In this document: positions 27,769-38,341 of the stretch, piece by piece | Layout: each line of letters begins with the position of its first letter | How positions within the stretch are numbered: the first letter of the stretch is position 1 | Assembly (NCBI GenBank): GCA_963804645.1 | Contig: CAWDRG010000009.1 | Span: forward strand, 256,001-320,000 | Source of the DNA: an uncultured Bacillota bacterium | Lineage (GTDB): Bacteria > Sysuimicrobiota > Sysuimicrobiia > Sysuimicrobiales > Segetimicrobiaceae | Length of the DNA stretch: 64,000 bases | Direction: 5' to 3' | Position numbers and translations under genes: made by a program | Notes under the pieces: generated by a model | The model's database searches: none | What the model was told of the DNA's origin: nothing | Seen by the model: only the letters and a program-made list of their open reading frames with translations

Positions 27769-29241
27769 GTGGAACTTGCCGATGTGCGCCGCCGCATCGA
27801 AGATCGGGACGCGTTCGCGCGCGCCCTGCGCGGTGCGCTGGCCCCGGACCGGGTGTTCAACCACCCCGCGGACCTCATCGCGTACGAGTACGACGGGTCC
27901 GTGCTGACGTCGCTGCCGGACCTCGTCGTGCTCCCGACATCGACCGAAGAGGTCGTGGCGGTCCTGGGGATCGCCGCGCGCTTCGACGTGCCGGTGATCG
28001 CGCGCGGCAGCGGGACGGGCCTCTCCGGCGGCTCGATCACGCCGATCGGCGGCGTCGTCGTCTCGATGAGCAAGATGAACCGGATCCTGTCCGTGGATCT
28101 CGACAACCGCTGTGCGGTCGTCGAGCCGGGGGTGATCAACCTCGACATCACCCGCGCCGTGGAGCGCGACGGGTACTTCTACGCCCCGGACCCGAGCAGC
28201 CAGTCGGCGTGCAGCATCGGCGGCAACGTGGCGAACAACAGCGGGGGCGTCCACACGCTCGCGTTCGGCGTGACGACCAATCACGTCCTCGGCCTCGAGA
28301 TGGCGCTGCCCGACGGGACGATCGTCCAAGTGGGCGGCCGCGGCGCCGACGAGCCCGGCCTCGACCTCGTGGGGTTGATCGTCGGCTCCGAGGGCACGAT
28401 CGGCATCGTCACCAAGGTCACCGTCCGCCTGATGCGGCGGCGCGAGGCGGTTCGGACGATGCTCGGGATCTTCGCGACGATCGAAGCGGCGAGCCAGGCG
28501 GTCGCCGACATCATCGCGTCGGGCATCGGTCCGACGTCGCTCGAGATGCTCGATCATCTCACGGTCGAGGCGGTGGAACCCGCGGTCCACGCCGGGCTGC
28601 CGTACGATGCGGGCGCCGTGCTCCTGATCGAGGTCGAGGACGTGCGCGAGAGCCTCGCGCGTTCCGCCGAGATCGTCGAACGCCTGTGCCGCGAGAGCGG
28701 CGCGCGCGAGGTGCGGGTCGCCAAGTCCGAGGAGGAGCGCGCGCTCTACTGGGCCGCGCGGAAGGGCGCGTTCGGCGCGATGGGGCGGCTGGCCCCGAAC
28801 TACTACCTGCACGACGCGGTGGTCCCGCGCAGCCAGCTCCCCGCGATCATGCACCGGATCGTCGACATCGCCGGCCGGTACCAGATCCGGGTCGCCAACG
28901 TGTTTCACGCGGGGGACGGCAACCTCCACCCGCTGATCCCGTACGACGCCGCGGTTCCGGGCGAGAGCGAGCGCGTGCTGGCGGCGAGCGAAGAGATGCT
29001 GGCCGCGTGCGTCGCCGCCGGCGGCAGCATCAGCGGGGAACATGGGATCGGGTTCGAGAAGAACAACTACATGCCGTGGATCTTCTCGGACGCCGACCTC
29101 GCGGCCCAGCGCCGGCTCAAGACGGCGTTCGATCCAGACGACCGCATGAACCCCTACAAAGTGTTCCCGACGCCGGTCTCGTGCGGAGAGCTGCTGACGA
29201 ACCGGCCGCGCCGCCTCGCGGCGTCCGGATTGTGGATCTAG
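27769..29241 (+). CDS. glcD: Glycolate oxidase-type FAD-linked subunit
   Basis: RGSGTGLSGG, PDPSSQ..CSIGGN, GSEGT, HAGDGNLHP and SGEHGIG motifs. Confidence 0.88.
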   Translation: MELADVRRRIEDRDAFARALRGALAPDRVFNHPADLIAYEYDGSVLTSLPDLVVLPTSTEEVVAVLGIAARFDVPVIARGSGTGLSGGSITPIGGVVVSMSKMNRILSVDLDNRCAVVEPGVINLDITRAVERDGYFYAPDPSSQSACSIGGNVANNSGGVHTLAFGVTTNHVLGLEMALPDGTIVQVGGRGADEPGLDLVGLIVGSEGTIGIVTKVTVRLMRRREAVRTMLGIFATIEAASQAVADIIASGIGPTSLEMLDHLTVEAVEPAVHAGLPYDAGAVLLIEVEDVRESLARSAEIVERLCRESGAREVRVAKSEEERALYWAARKGAFGAMGRLAPNYYLHDAVVPRSQLPAIMHRIVDIAGRYQIRVANVFHAGDGNLHPLIPYDAAVPGESERVLAASEEMLAACVAAGGSISGEHGIGFEKNNYMPWIFSDADLAAQRRLKTAFDPDDRMNPYKVFPTPVSCGELLTNRPRRLAASGLWI

Positions 29242-29267
29242 CGAACCCGAGCAGAGGAGCCGTTCCG

Positions 29268-30617
29268 ATGGCCACGCAGGTCACGACCGCAGCCCAGCCC
29301 TCCGCCTCCCGGGAGATCCCGGCGGCGCAGCCGATTCCGCGCCTGCTGATTCCCGAGCTGGACAAGTGCATCCAGTGCGGGTTTTGCCTGCCAGCGTGTC
29401 CCACCTACCGCCTGCTGGGCGTCGAGCCCGAGTCGCCCCGCGGCCGCATTCACCTCGTCGAAGCGGCGGCGCAGGGGCGGATCCCGATCGACGCGCGGTT
29501 CGAGGAGCACATGTACGTGTGCCTCGGGTGCCGCGCGTGCGAAACGGCATGTCCCGCGGGTGTCAAGTTCGGCACGATCATCGAGGCCGCGCGCGCCGAG
29601 ATCGGCCCCACCGGATCGCCGCTCGCGCGGCGGATGACGCTCGCCGCGATGCGCCAGCTGATGCCCTACCCCGGCCGCCTCCGCGCGGGCGCCCGCCTCC
29701 TGCGGCTCTACCAGCGCAGCGGCCTCGGCCGGCTCGCACGGGCCCTGCACCTCATGCCGGCGCGGCTCGCCGAGATGGAGTCGCTCCTGCCCCAGGTCCC
29801 CGACGCGTTCTTCGCGCCGCACGACGTCTACCCGGCGATCGGCACGCGGCGCGCCCGCGTCGGCCTCCTCAGCGGCTGCGTCATGCCGCTCTTGTTCGCG
29901 GACATCAACGAGGCGACGATCCGCGTCCTGCAGCGCAACGGGTGCGAGGTCGTGGTCCCGAAGAACCAGGGCTGCTGCGGCGCGCTGAACATTCACAACG
30001 GCGAGCGGGACGCGGCCAAGCGGATGGCCCGCCGGAACATCGAGACGTTTCTCGGCGCGGACGTGGACGCGGTCATCATCAACGCCGCCGGCTGCGGCGC
30101 GACCAGCAAGGAATACGACGTGCTGTTCCGCGACGACCCGGCGTACGCGCCGCGGGCCGAGGAATACAGCCGGCGGTGCCGCGACATCTCGGAGTTTCTC
30201 GGGGCGCTCGGGCTCGTGGGCGAGCTCGGCGAGGTGCGGGCGCGGGTCACGTACCAGGATCCGTGCCACCTCGTGCACGGCCAGGGCATCCGCCGGCAGC
30301 CCCGCGACCTGCTGCGCCGCATTCCCGGCCTGGAGCTCATCGAGCTCCAGGGATCGGACCGCTGCTGCGGCAGCGCCGGCATCTACAACGTCGTGCAGCC
30401 CGCGTACTCGCGCCGCATCCTCGAGGAGAAGATGGACGCGGTCGAACAGACCGGCGCCGAGATGATCGTCGCCCCGAACCCGGGCTGCATGCTGCAGCTC
30501 GGCGCCGGCATCCGCGCGCGCGGCGCGCACGTCGAAGTGCACCATCTCATCGACCTGCTCGACCGCGCGTACGCCGCCGCGGACGCGGCGGCCAAGCCGG
30601 CCGCACCCGCGTCATGA
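29268..30617 (+). CDS. glcF: Glycolate oxidase iron-sulfur subunit
   Basis: CIQCGFCLPACP, CLGCRACETACP and two CCG domains (CCGAL, CCGSAGIYN). Confidence 0.9.
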   Translation: MATQVTTAAQPSASREIPAAQPIPRLLIPELDKCIQCGFCLPACPTYRLLGVEPESPRGRIHLVEAAAQGRIPIDARFEEHMYVCLGCRACETACPAGVKFGTIIEAARAEIGPTGSPLARRMTLAAMRQLMPYPGRLRAGARLLRLYQRSGLGRLARALHLMPARLAEMESLLPQVPDAFFAPHDVYPAIGTRRARVGLLSGCVMPLLFADINEATIRVLQRNGCEVVVPKNQGCCGALNIHNGERDAAKRMARRNIETFLGADVDAVIINAAGCGATSKEYDVLFRDDPAYAPRAEEYSRRCRDISEFLGALGLVGELGEVRARVTYQDPCHLVHGQGIRRQPRDLLRRIPGLELIELQGSDRCCGSAGIYNVVQPAYSRRILEEKMDAVEQTGAEMIVAPNPGCMLQLGAGIRARGAHVEVHHLIDLLDRAYAAADAAAKPAAPAS

Positions 30618-31942
30618 CCGACGCCCTCGTCGACCGCGCCCGGGCGATCGTCGGCGCGGACCACGTCGTCGCGGATCCGGCCTCGCTCGCGGCCTACGCG
30701 GTGGACGGCGTGGTGCCGTCGCTCCTCGCCCGCCCCGCCACCGCGGAGGAGACCGGGGCACTGCTCGCCGCGGCCGGGGAGTGCGGGGCGGGCGTGCTGC
30801 CGCGCGGCGCCGGGGCGCACCAGCATCTTGGGACGGTCCCGTCGCGCGCGGACCTCGTGATCGAGACGACGCGGCAGACCGGGATCACGGATTATACGCC
30901 CGCGGACTATGTCGTCGCCGTGCGCGCCGGCACGCGGCTGCGCGACCTCCAGGCCGAGCTCGCCGTCCACAACCAATGGCTGCCGCTCGATCCGCCCGGG
31001 GCGGCGCGCGCGACCGTGGGCGGCGTCGTCGCCGCCAACCGCAACGGGCCGCGGCGCCTCTTGTGGGGCTCGGTCCGAGATCTCCTGATCGGCATCCGCG
31101 TCGCGCTCCCGACCGGGGAGGTGATCAAAGCCGGCGGCAAGGTCGTGAAGAACGTGGCCGGCTACGACCTCGGGAAGCTGTTCATCGGCAGCCTCGGCGG
31201 CGCGGGCGTGATCACGGAAGCGACGTTCAAGATCTCGCCGCTGCCCGGGGACGGCGTCACGATCGCGGTCGCGGTGCCCGATCTCGAGGCGGCCCGCGCG
31301 CTCGTGACATCGGTGATGCGGTCCCAGCTCCTCCCCGCGGCGCTCGAAGCCGTCAACCCGCCCGCGCTCCGCCGGCTCGCCGCCGCGGCGGGGATGCCAG
31401 GCGCGGACGGGAACGCGTGGGGCGTGCTGATGCTGGCCGAGGGCCTCGAAGAGAGCCGGACGCGGCACATCGACGAGATGCGCTCGCTCGTCCAGGCACC
31501 CGCGCGGATGGACGTGCTCGAGGGCCCGGTCCACCGCGCTCTGTGGGACGCGATCGCGGAGTTTCCGTCCCCGGAGACTCATCCGGGACGCGTCGTGTGG
31601 CGGGCCGGCGCCCCGATCGCGCGCTGGGTCGCCTTGGCCCAGGCACTCGCCTCACCCCGGGCGGACGCCGAGCCGGTCGAGATCGTCGCGCACGCCGGCG
31701 TCGGCCTCGTCTACGCCGCCGCGCCGGCCGCGCAGGCGCGGGACGCCGCGGAGTCGCTCGGACGCGCCGCCGCGGACGCGGGGGGCTACGCGGTGGTCGA
31801 GTCGGCCCCGCCGGCCCTCAAGGCGCAGCTCGCGGTGTGGGGCGCCGAGCCGGGCGGCCTCGAACTGATGCGGAAGCTGCGCGCCGCCTATGATCCGCAG
31901 GGCGTGATGATCCCGGGCCGGCTGGGGTGGGGCCTCTCGTGA
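30614..31942 (+). CDS. glcE: Glycolate oxidase FAD-binding subunit
   Basis: ATVGG, GPRR, GGKVVKNVAGYDL.KL..GSLG and YDPQG motifs. Confidence 0.88.
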   Translation: MTDALVDRARAIVGADHVVADPASLAAYAVDGVVPSLLARPATAEETGALLAAAGECGAGVLPRGAGAHQHLGTVPSRADLVIETTRQTGITDYTPADYVVAVRAGTRLRDLQAELAVHNQWLPLDPPGAARATVGGVVAANRNGPRRLLWGSVRDLLIGIRVALPTGEVIKAGGKVVKNVAGYDLGKLFIGSLGGAGVITEATFKISPLPGDGVTIAVAVPDLEAARALVTSVMRSQLLPAALEAVNPPALRRLAAAAGMPGADGNAWGVLMLAEGLEESRTRHIDEMRSLVQAPARMDVLEGPVHRALWDAIAEFPSPETHPGRVVWRAGAPIARWVALAQALASPRADAEPVEIVAHAGVGLVYAAAPAAQARDAAESLGRAAADAGGYAVVESAPPALKAQLAVWGAEPGGLELMRKLRAAYDPQGVMIPGRLGWGLS

Positions 31943-33456
31943 CGCGCCGCACCGTCGTCACCCTCGCCGCGATGCTCGGGATGTTTCTCAGCGGCGTGGA
32001 CCAGACCGCCGTGGGGACCGCGATGCCGACGATCGTCGGCGCGCTCGGCGGGCTCGCCCTCTACTCGTGGGTCTTCGCCGCGTACCAGATCGCATTCGTC
32101 GTGATGACCCCGATCGCGGGCAAGTTCGCGGACCTGTACGGCCGCAAGCACATGTATCTCGCCGGCATCCTCGTGTTCGTCGGCGCCTCCGTCGTATGCG
32201 GCTTCGCACGGTCGATGGGCGCGCTCGTCGCCTTCCGGTTCGTGCAGGGCATCGGCGGGGGCGCGATCCTGCCGATCGCGCTGACGATCGTCGCCGACCT
32301 GTACCCGCTCGAGCAGCGCCTCAAGGTCCAGGGCATCTTCAGCGCCACGTGGGGCATCGCGTCGATCGTCGGCCCGGTGCTCGGCGGGTTCCTGACGGAC
32401 CACGTGTCGTGGCGCTGGATCTTCTTCATCAACCTGCCGGCCGGGCTGGTCACGATCCTGATCCTCGTCGCCTTCTTCAAGGAGCCGCCGGTGTCGCGGG
32501 CCGGCGCGATCGACTACGCGGGCATCGGCCTGGTCTCCGCGAGCGTCACGGTCCTGCTGCTCCTGCTGTTCTGGGGCGGCGGGGCGTTCCCGTGGTGGTC
32601 GCCCCAGGCGGCGGCGCTCGCGGCGAGCAGCGCCGCGCTCCTGCTGCTGTTCGTGCGGGTCGAACAGCGCAGCCCGCACCCGTTCCTGCCCTTCAACCTG
32701 TTTCACAACCCGCTCGTGGCGGTCGGCTGCGTAGGCGGCTTCCTGCTCGGGGTCGGCCTCTTCGGCACGGTCGCCTACGTCCCGCTCCTCGTCCAGGGCG
32801 TGATGGGCACGAGCGCCACCATCGCCGGCGCCACCCTCATCCCGTTCTCGGCGGTGTGGGCGGTCGGCAGCTTCATCGGGGGGCGCGCGGCCCTGCGCGT
32901 CGGGTTCCGGCCCGTCATCATCACGGGCATGTCGCTCAACGCGTGCGGGTTTGCGCTGCTGACCCTCCTCAGCGCTCGGAACGGCCCCTGGAGCGTGGTC
33001 GCGATCATGGGCGTGCTCGGGCTGGGCATGGGCATGACCGGCACCATGTTCATCATCGCGATGCAGAACGCGGTCGAGCGCCCGCTGCGGGGCCTCGTCA
33101 CGTCGATCAACGTGTTCAGCCGAAACGTCGGGAGCGCGATCGGCGTGAGCGTCCAGGGCGCGGTCCTCATCGCCATCCTGGAGGCGCGCCTGCGGGCGCT
33201 CGCCGGCCAGACGCGGCTCGGGCTGCCGCCGCTGGTCGACCCGCAGGTCGTGCTCGATCCCGCGGTCCAGCGGCATCTGACGCCGGGCGCGCACGAGGCG
33301 CTGCGCCTCGCGCTCGCGCACGCGGTGCACGGCACGTTCTTCGTCGGTCTCACGCTGACGGTGCTCGGGCTGGCCACCGTCATCGCGTTCATGCCGCGCG
33401 GCAGCGTGTACGCGCACGCCCACGCCGCCGCCCTGGAAGGCCTGCCGGCGGACTAA
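31939..33456 (+). CDS. MFS transporter, DHA2 (14-TM) family
   Basis: DQTAVGTAMP, GKFADLYGRK, RFVQGIGGG, GPVLGG and WRWIFFINLP motifs. Confidence 0.92.
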   Translation: MTRRTVVTLAAMLGMFLSGVDQTAVGTAMPTIVGALGGLALYSWVFAAYQIAFVVMTPIAGKFADLYGRKHMYLAGILVFVGASVVCGFARSMGALVAFRFVQGIGGGAILPIALTIVADLYPLEQRLKVQGIFSATWGIASIVGPVLGGFLTDHVSWRWIFFINLPAGLVTILILVAFFKEPPVSRAGAIDYAGIGLVSASVTVLLLLLFWGGGAFPWWSPQAAALAASSAALLLLFVRVEQRSPHPFLPFNLFHNPLVAVGCVGGFLLGVGLFGTVAYVPLLVQGVMGTSATIAGATLIPFSAVWAVGSFIGGRAALRVGFRPVIITGMSLNACGFALLTLLSARNGPWSVVAIMGVLGLGMGMTGTMFIIAMQNAVERPLRGLVTSINVFSRNVGSAIGVSVQGAVLIAILEARLRALAGQTRLGLPPLVDPQVVLDPAVQRHLTPGAHEALRLALAHAVHGTFFVGLTLTVLGLATVIAFMPRGSVYAHAHAAALEGLPAD

Positions 33457-33548
33457 CCCGCCGGCATGGCGGCGTCGCGGTTGCCGCGCGCCGCAGGCGG
33501 GGATAATCCCGGTGCGATGGCGCGTCTCCTGCGAGCAGTCCGCTGTCT

Positions 33549-36215
33549 GTGATCGCCACATACCGGCTGCAGCTCGGCCCGGACCTGGGGTTTGACGGGG
33601 TGCGGGCGCAGCTCGACTATTTCCGCCGGCTCGGCGTCAGCCATCTGTATCTGTCGCCGATCACCGACGCGCGGCCCGGCAGCACCCACGGCTACGACGT
33701 CGTGGACCACAACCGCATCCGCGAGGAGCTCGGCGGCGCGGACGCGTTCTGGCAGCTGCTCGACGCCGCCCGGGACGCGGGGCTCGGCATGATCCTCGAC
33801 TTCGTTCCGAACCACGCGTACGCGGGCCCGCAGAACGCGCGGTGGCAGGACGTGCTGGCGTGGGGCCCGCACTCGCCGTACGCGGAGCAGTTCGACATCG
33901 AGTGGGAGCCCCTCAAGCCGGAGCTCGCGGGGAAGATCCTGCTTCCGGTGCTCGGCAGCACCTACGGCGAGGCGCTGGACCGGGGCGAGATCGCGCTGCG
34001 CTACGACGACGCGGCGATCGCGGCGGACTACTTCGGCAACCGGTTCGCGTTGGCGCTGCCGAGCTACGGGGAGGCGCTCGCGGCGACGCTGCCGGGGCGC
34101 GACGACCCCGAGGCGGGCGCCCTCGCGACGCTCGCGGAGGAGTTCCGGTCGCTCACCTCGCACAACCGCCCGCGGGCGGACGTGCTGCGCTCGCGGCTGG
34201 CGGCGATGGTGGCGCCGGATGCGCTCAACGCGGCGCTCGCCCAGGTGCGCGGGGCCGAGCTACACGCCATCCTCGAGCATCAGCACTGGCGGCTGTCGTA
34301 CTGGCAGACCGCGGCCGACGAGATCAACTACCGCCGCTTCTTCGACGTGAACGAGCTGATCGGTCTGCGGATGGAGCGGCCCGAGGTCTTTGCCGAGGAC
34401 CACCGGCTGCTCGGACACATCCTCGCGCAGCGCGGCATCGACGGCGTCCGCATCGACCACATCGACGGCCTCTTCGATCCGCACGGCTACCTGCAGGCCG
34501 TCAAAGCGCTCGGCGCCCAGAGGATCTGGGTCGAGAAAATCCTCGCCGCGGGGGAGACGGTGCCCGCGGAGTGGCCGGTCGAGGGCACGGTCGGGTACCA
34601 GTTCCTCAACGACGCCATGCAGGCGCTGACGCAGCCCACCGGTCAGATCCCGCTCGACCGCGTGTACCGCCGGTTCACCGGCATCACACGGTCCTACGCG
34701 GCCGTCGTGCACGACGCGAAGCGGCTGGTGATGGCGACGGCGCTCGGCGGTGAGCTGTTCCGGCTCGCGTACGGGCTCGACCGCATCTCGGAGGCGGATT
34801 ACCACACGCGCGACTTCACGTTCGAGGCGCTGCGGGAGGCCCTGGCCGAGATCGTCGCGGCGTTCCCGCGGTACCGCACCTACCTGCCCCACGACCGCGA
34901 GGTGGCGTCGGCGGTCATTCGCGAGGCGGTGCAGACCGCGCGCCTCCGGAACCCCGGCACCGAGCCGACGGTGTACTCGTTCATCGCGCGCGTGCTGACC
35001 GAGCTTCCCTCCGACGCGTTCGGGCCCACGCGGGCCGAGTGGATCGGCCGGTTCCAGCAGTACACCGCGCCCGTCACCGCCAAGGGCCTCGAAGACACGG
35101 CCTTCTACCGGCACCTGCCGCTCGCGGCCCTCAACGAGGTCGGCGGCGACCCGGACCGCTTCGGCATGACGCTGCAGGCGTTCCACGCCAGAGCGCGCTT
35201 CCGCGCCCTGCGCTACCCGGACACGCTGCTGGCCACCGCCACGCACGATCACAAGCGCGGCGAGGACACGCGGATGCGCATGATCGTGCTCGCCGACGTG
35301 CCAGAGGAGTGGCGCCGCGCCGTCGGACTGCTCTCGCGCATCGCGCGGCGCCACCGCGGAGCGCACGGGCCGTCGCGCGCCGACGAGTTTCTGTTCTATC
35401 AGACCCTCGTCACGCTGTGGGTCGGCGCGGACCGCGCGGCGCTCGCCGACCGCCTCGCCGCGTACATGCAGAAGGCAAGCCGCGAGGCGAAGGAATCCAC
35501 CAGCTGGCTCGATCCCCACGCCGCGTACGAAGCCGACCTCGACGCCTTCGTGCGCGGCATGGCCGCGGACCCCCGCGTCGACCGCGCGATCGAACGCCTG
35601 GCCGGGGTCGTGGCGCGGTTCGGCTTCGCCAACGGTCTGAGCCAGCTCGTGCTCAAGCTGACGACGCCGGGCGTGCCGGATTTCTACCAGGGCAACGAGA
35701 TGCTCGACGTGTCGCTCGTGGACCCCGACAACCGCCGGCCGGTGGATTTCGACGCGCGGCGCGCGCTGCTCGATGCCGTCGAGCCGCTGCTGGCGCGCCC
35801 CGCCGCCTCCGAGCTCTACGCGTGGATCGAGGCGGCCGACGACCGGGCCAAGGTCTACGTGATGGTGCGCCTCTTGCGGTTTCGGGCCGCGCATCCGGCG
35901 CTGTTCGCCGGCGGGTACCGGCCGCTCGACGCCGAAGGCCCCCAGGCCGAACACCTCATCGCGTTCGCGCGCGACGCCGGCGACGAGGCGCTGATGGTGC
36001 TGGTGCCCCGCTTTCCGGCGGCGCTCGACCGGCTCGGCGGCTGGAGCGGCACGCGCGTGCCGCTGCCGAACGGCCTGGCGTCCCGGCGGTGGACCGAGGT
36101 GCTGTCCGGGGAGTCCCGGACGTTCGAAACCGAGGTCTCACCGGGCGAGCCGTGGTGGCAGTGGACGGTGTGGCACAGCGAGCGCCGGGACGCGCCGGCA
36201 CCGGGGGAGGGGTAA
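33549..36215 (+). CDS. treY: Malto-oligosyltrehalose synthase
   Basis: [49 protein letters not shown] and [12 protein letters not shown] motifs. Confidence 0.95.
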   Translation: MIATYRLQLGPDLGFDGVRAQLDYFRRLGVSHLYLSPITDARPGSTHGYDVVDHNRIREELGGADAFWQLLDAARDAGLGMILDFVPNHAYAGPQNARWQDVLAWGPHSPYAEQFDIEWEPLKPELAGKILLPVLGSTYGEALDRGEIALRYDDAAIAADYFGNRFALALPSYGEALAATLPGRDDPEAGALATLAEEFRSLTSHNRPRADVLRSRLAAMVAPDALNAALAQVRGAELHAILEHQHWRLSYWQTAADEINYRRFFDVNELIGLRMERPEVFAEDHRLLGHILAQRGIDGVRIDHIDGLFDPHGYLQAVKALGAQRIWVEKILAAGETVPAEWPVEGTVGYQFLNDAMQALTQPTGQIPLDRVYRRFTGITRSYAAVVHDAKRLVMATALGGELFRLAYGLDRISEADYHTRDFTFEALREALAEIVAAFPRYRTYLPHDREVASAVIREAVQTARLRNPGTEPTVYSFIARVLTELPSDAFGPTRAEWIGRFQQYTAPVTAKGLEDTAFYRHLPLAALNEVGGDPDRFGMTLQAFHARARFRALRYPDTLLATATHDHKRGEDTRMRMIVLADVPEEWRRAVGLLSRIARRHRGAHGPSRADEFLFYQTLVTLWVGADRAALADRLAAYMQKASREAKESTSWLDPHAAYEADLDAFVRGMAADPRVDRAIERLAGVVARFGFANGLSQLVLKLTTPGVPDFYQGNEMLDVSLVDPDNRRPVDFDARRALLDAVEPLLARPAASELYAWIEAADDRAKVYVMVRLLRFRAAHPALFAGGYRPLDAEGPQAEHLIAFARDAGDEALMVLVPRFPAALDRLGGWSGTRVPLPNGLASRRWTEVLSGESRTFETEVSPGEPWWQWTVWHSERRDAPAPGEG

Positions 36216-36219
36216 CGCC

Positions 36220-38327
36220 ATGGAGATCTGGCCGGGCCGCCCGCATCCGCTCGGCGCCACGTACGACGGCGTCGGCGTCAACTTCGCGCTCTTCTCGGAG
36301 GTCGCCGAGCGGGTGGATCTCTGCCTCTTCGACGAGCACGACCGGGAGCAGCGCGTGCCGCTGCCGGAGGTCACCGGGTTCCAGTGGCACGGCTACGTCC
36401 CCGGGGTCCGCCCCGGCCAGCGGTACGGATTCCGCGTCGCCGGCCCCTGGGCGCCCGACCAAGGACACCGCTGCAACGAGGCCAAGCTCCTGCTCGACCC
36501 CTACGCGAAGGCGATCGAGCGCGGGGTGTCGTGGAATCCGGCCGTCTTTCCCTACCGGTTCGACGATCCGGAAGGCGCGCCGAGCGACACCGACAGCGCG
36601 CCGTACGTCCCGCGCTCGGTCGTGGTGGACGGCGTGTTCGACTGGAGCAACGACCGCGCGCTGCGGGTGCCGCTGCACGACACGACGATCTACGAGCTCC
36701 ACGTCAACGGCTTCACGGCGCGCCATCCCGACCTGCCGCCCGAGATCCGCGGCACCTACGCCGGGCTGGCGCATCCGGCCGCGCTCGCGCACCTCACCGC
36801 CCTCGGCATCACCGCGGTCGAGCTCATGCCGATCCATCAGTTCGTGCACGACGCGCATCTCGTGGAGCGGGGGCTGCGCAACTACTGGGGCTACAACTCG
36901 ATCGGCTTTCTCGCGCCGCACAACGAGTACGCCGCCGGGGGCCAGCGCGGCGAGCAGGTCGGCGAGTTCAAGCAGATGGTTAAAGCCCTGCACGCGGCGG
37001 GGCTCGAAGTGATCCTCGACGTCGTCTACAACCATACCGCAGAGGGCAACCACCTCGGGCCGATGCTGGCGTTCAAAGGGATCGACAACGCGTCGTACTA
37101 CCGCCTCGTCGCCGATCAACCCCGGTACTACATGGACTACACCGGCACGGGCAACAGCCTCAACATGCGCAACGCCCACGTGCTGCAGCTGATCATGGAC
37201 AGCCTGCGCTACTGGGTGGTGGAGATGCACGTCGACGGGTTCCGGTTCGATCTGGCCGCGACGCTCGCCCGGGAGCTCCACGAAGTCGACCGGCTCTCCG
37301 CCTTCTTCGACGTCATCCAGCAGGACCCGACGCTGCGCGACGTCAAGCTGATCGCGGAGCCCTGGGACGTGGGCGAGGGAGGGTATCAGGTCGGCAACTT
37401 CCCGCCGCTGTGGTCGGAGTGGAACGGCAAGTACCGGGACACGATCCGCGACTACTGGCGCGGGACCGACCAGACGCTCCCGGAGTTCGCGTCCCGCCTG
37501 ACCGGCAGCTCGGATCTCTACGTGTCGACCGGCCGCCGGCCGTACGCCAGCGTGAACTTCGTCACCGCGCACGACGGGTTCACGCTGCGCGACCTCGTGT
37601 CGTACAACGAGAAACACAACGAGGCGAACGGCGAGGACAACCGCGACGGGGAGACCCAACAACCGGTCGTGGAACTGCGGGGCGGAAGGCCCGACGGACG
37701 ACCCGGCGGTGAACGCGCTCCGCGCCCGCCAGCAGCGCAACTTCCTCACCACCCTGTTCCTCTCGCAGGGCGTGCCGATGCTGCTCGGCGGCGATGAGAT
37801 CGGGCGCACGCAGCACGGCAACAACAACGCGTACTGCCAGGACAACGAGCTCTCGTGGTTCGATTGGGAGCGCGCGGACGGGACGCTGCTGGAGTTCACC
37901 GCGCCTCGTGATCGGGCTGCGCCGGGCGCACCCCACCTTCCGACGGCGGGGCTGGTTCCAGGGACGCCCGCTGCGGGGCACGAAGGTAGAGGACATCAGC
38001 TGGTTCACGCCGGACGGAGAAGCGATGTCGGACGAGCACTGGAACAGCGGGTTCGCGAAATCGCTCGGGGTCTTCCTGAACGGCGAGGCGATCGCCGGCC
38101 GGGGACCGCGGGGCGAACGCGTCGCGGACGCGAGCTACTACCTCATGTTCAACGCGCACCATGAGCCGCTGCCGTTCACGCTGCCCGGGCGGGCGTGGGG
38201 CCGGCGGTGGACCGCGGTCCTGGACACAAGGGACGACGTCCCGGCGAACGCTGTGGAGACCCTCGAGGCCGGCCAGCAGGTGGCGTGCGAGGGCCGCTCC
38301 GTCGTCGTCCTGCGGCGCGTCGAGTGA
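36220..38327 (+). CDS. glgX: Glycogen debranching enzyme (isoamylase); two +1 frameshifts near 37656 and 37901
   Basis: [26 protein letters not shown] and TAHDGF. The C-terminus continues in the ORF frames of 37709 ([17 protein letters not shown]) and 37794 (RRAHPTFRR...RSVVVL). Confidence 0.88.
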
Positions 38328-38341
38328 CGCCCGCCGGGTCA

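Noticed and set aside
33517..33552. 11-codon ORF overlapping the treY start
   Set aside because: Too short to distinguish a leader peptide from chance or an indel in the treY N-terminus.
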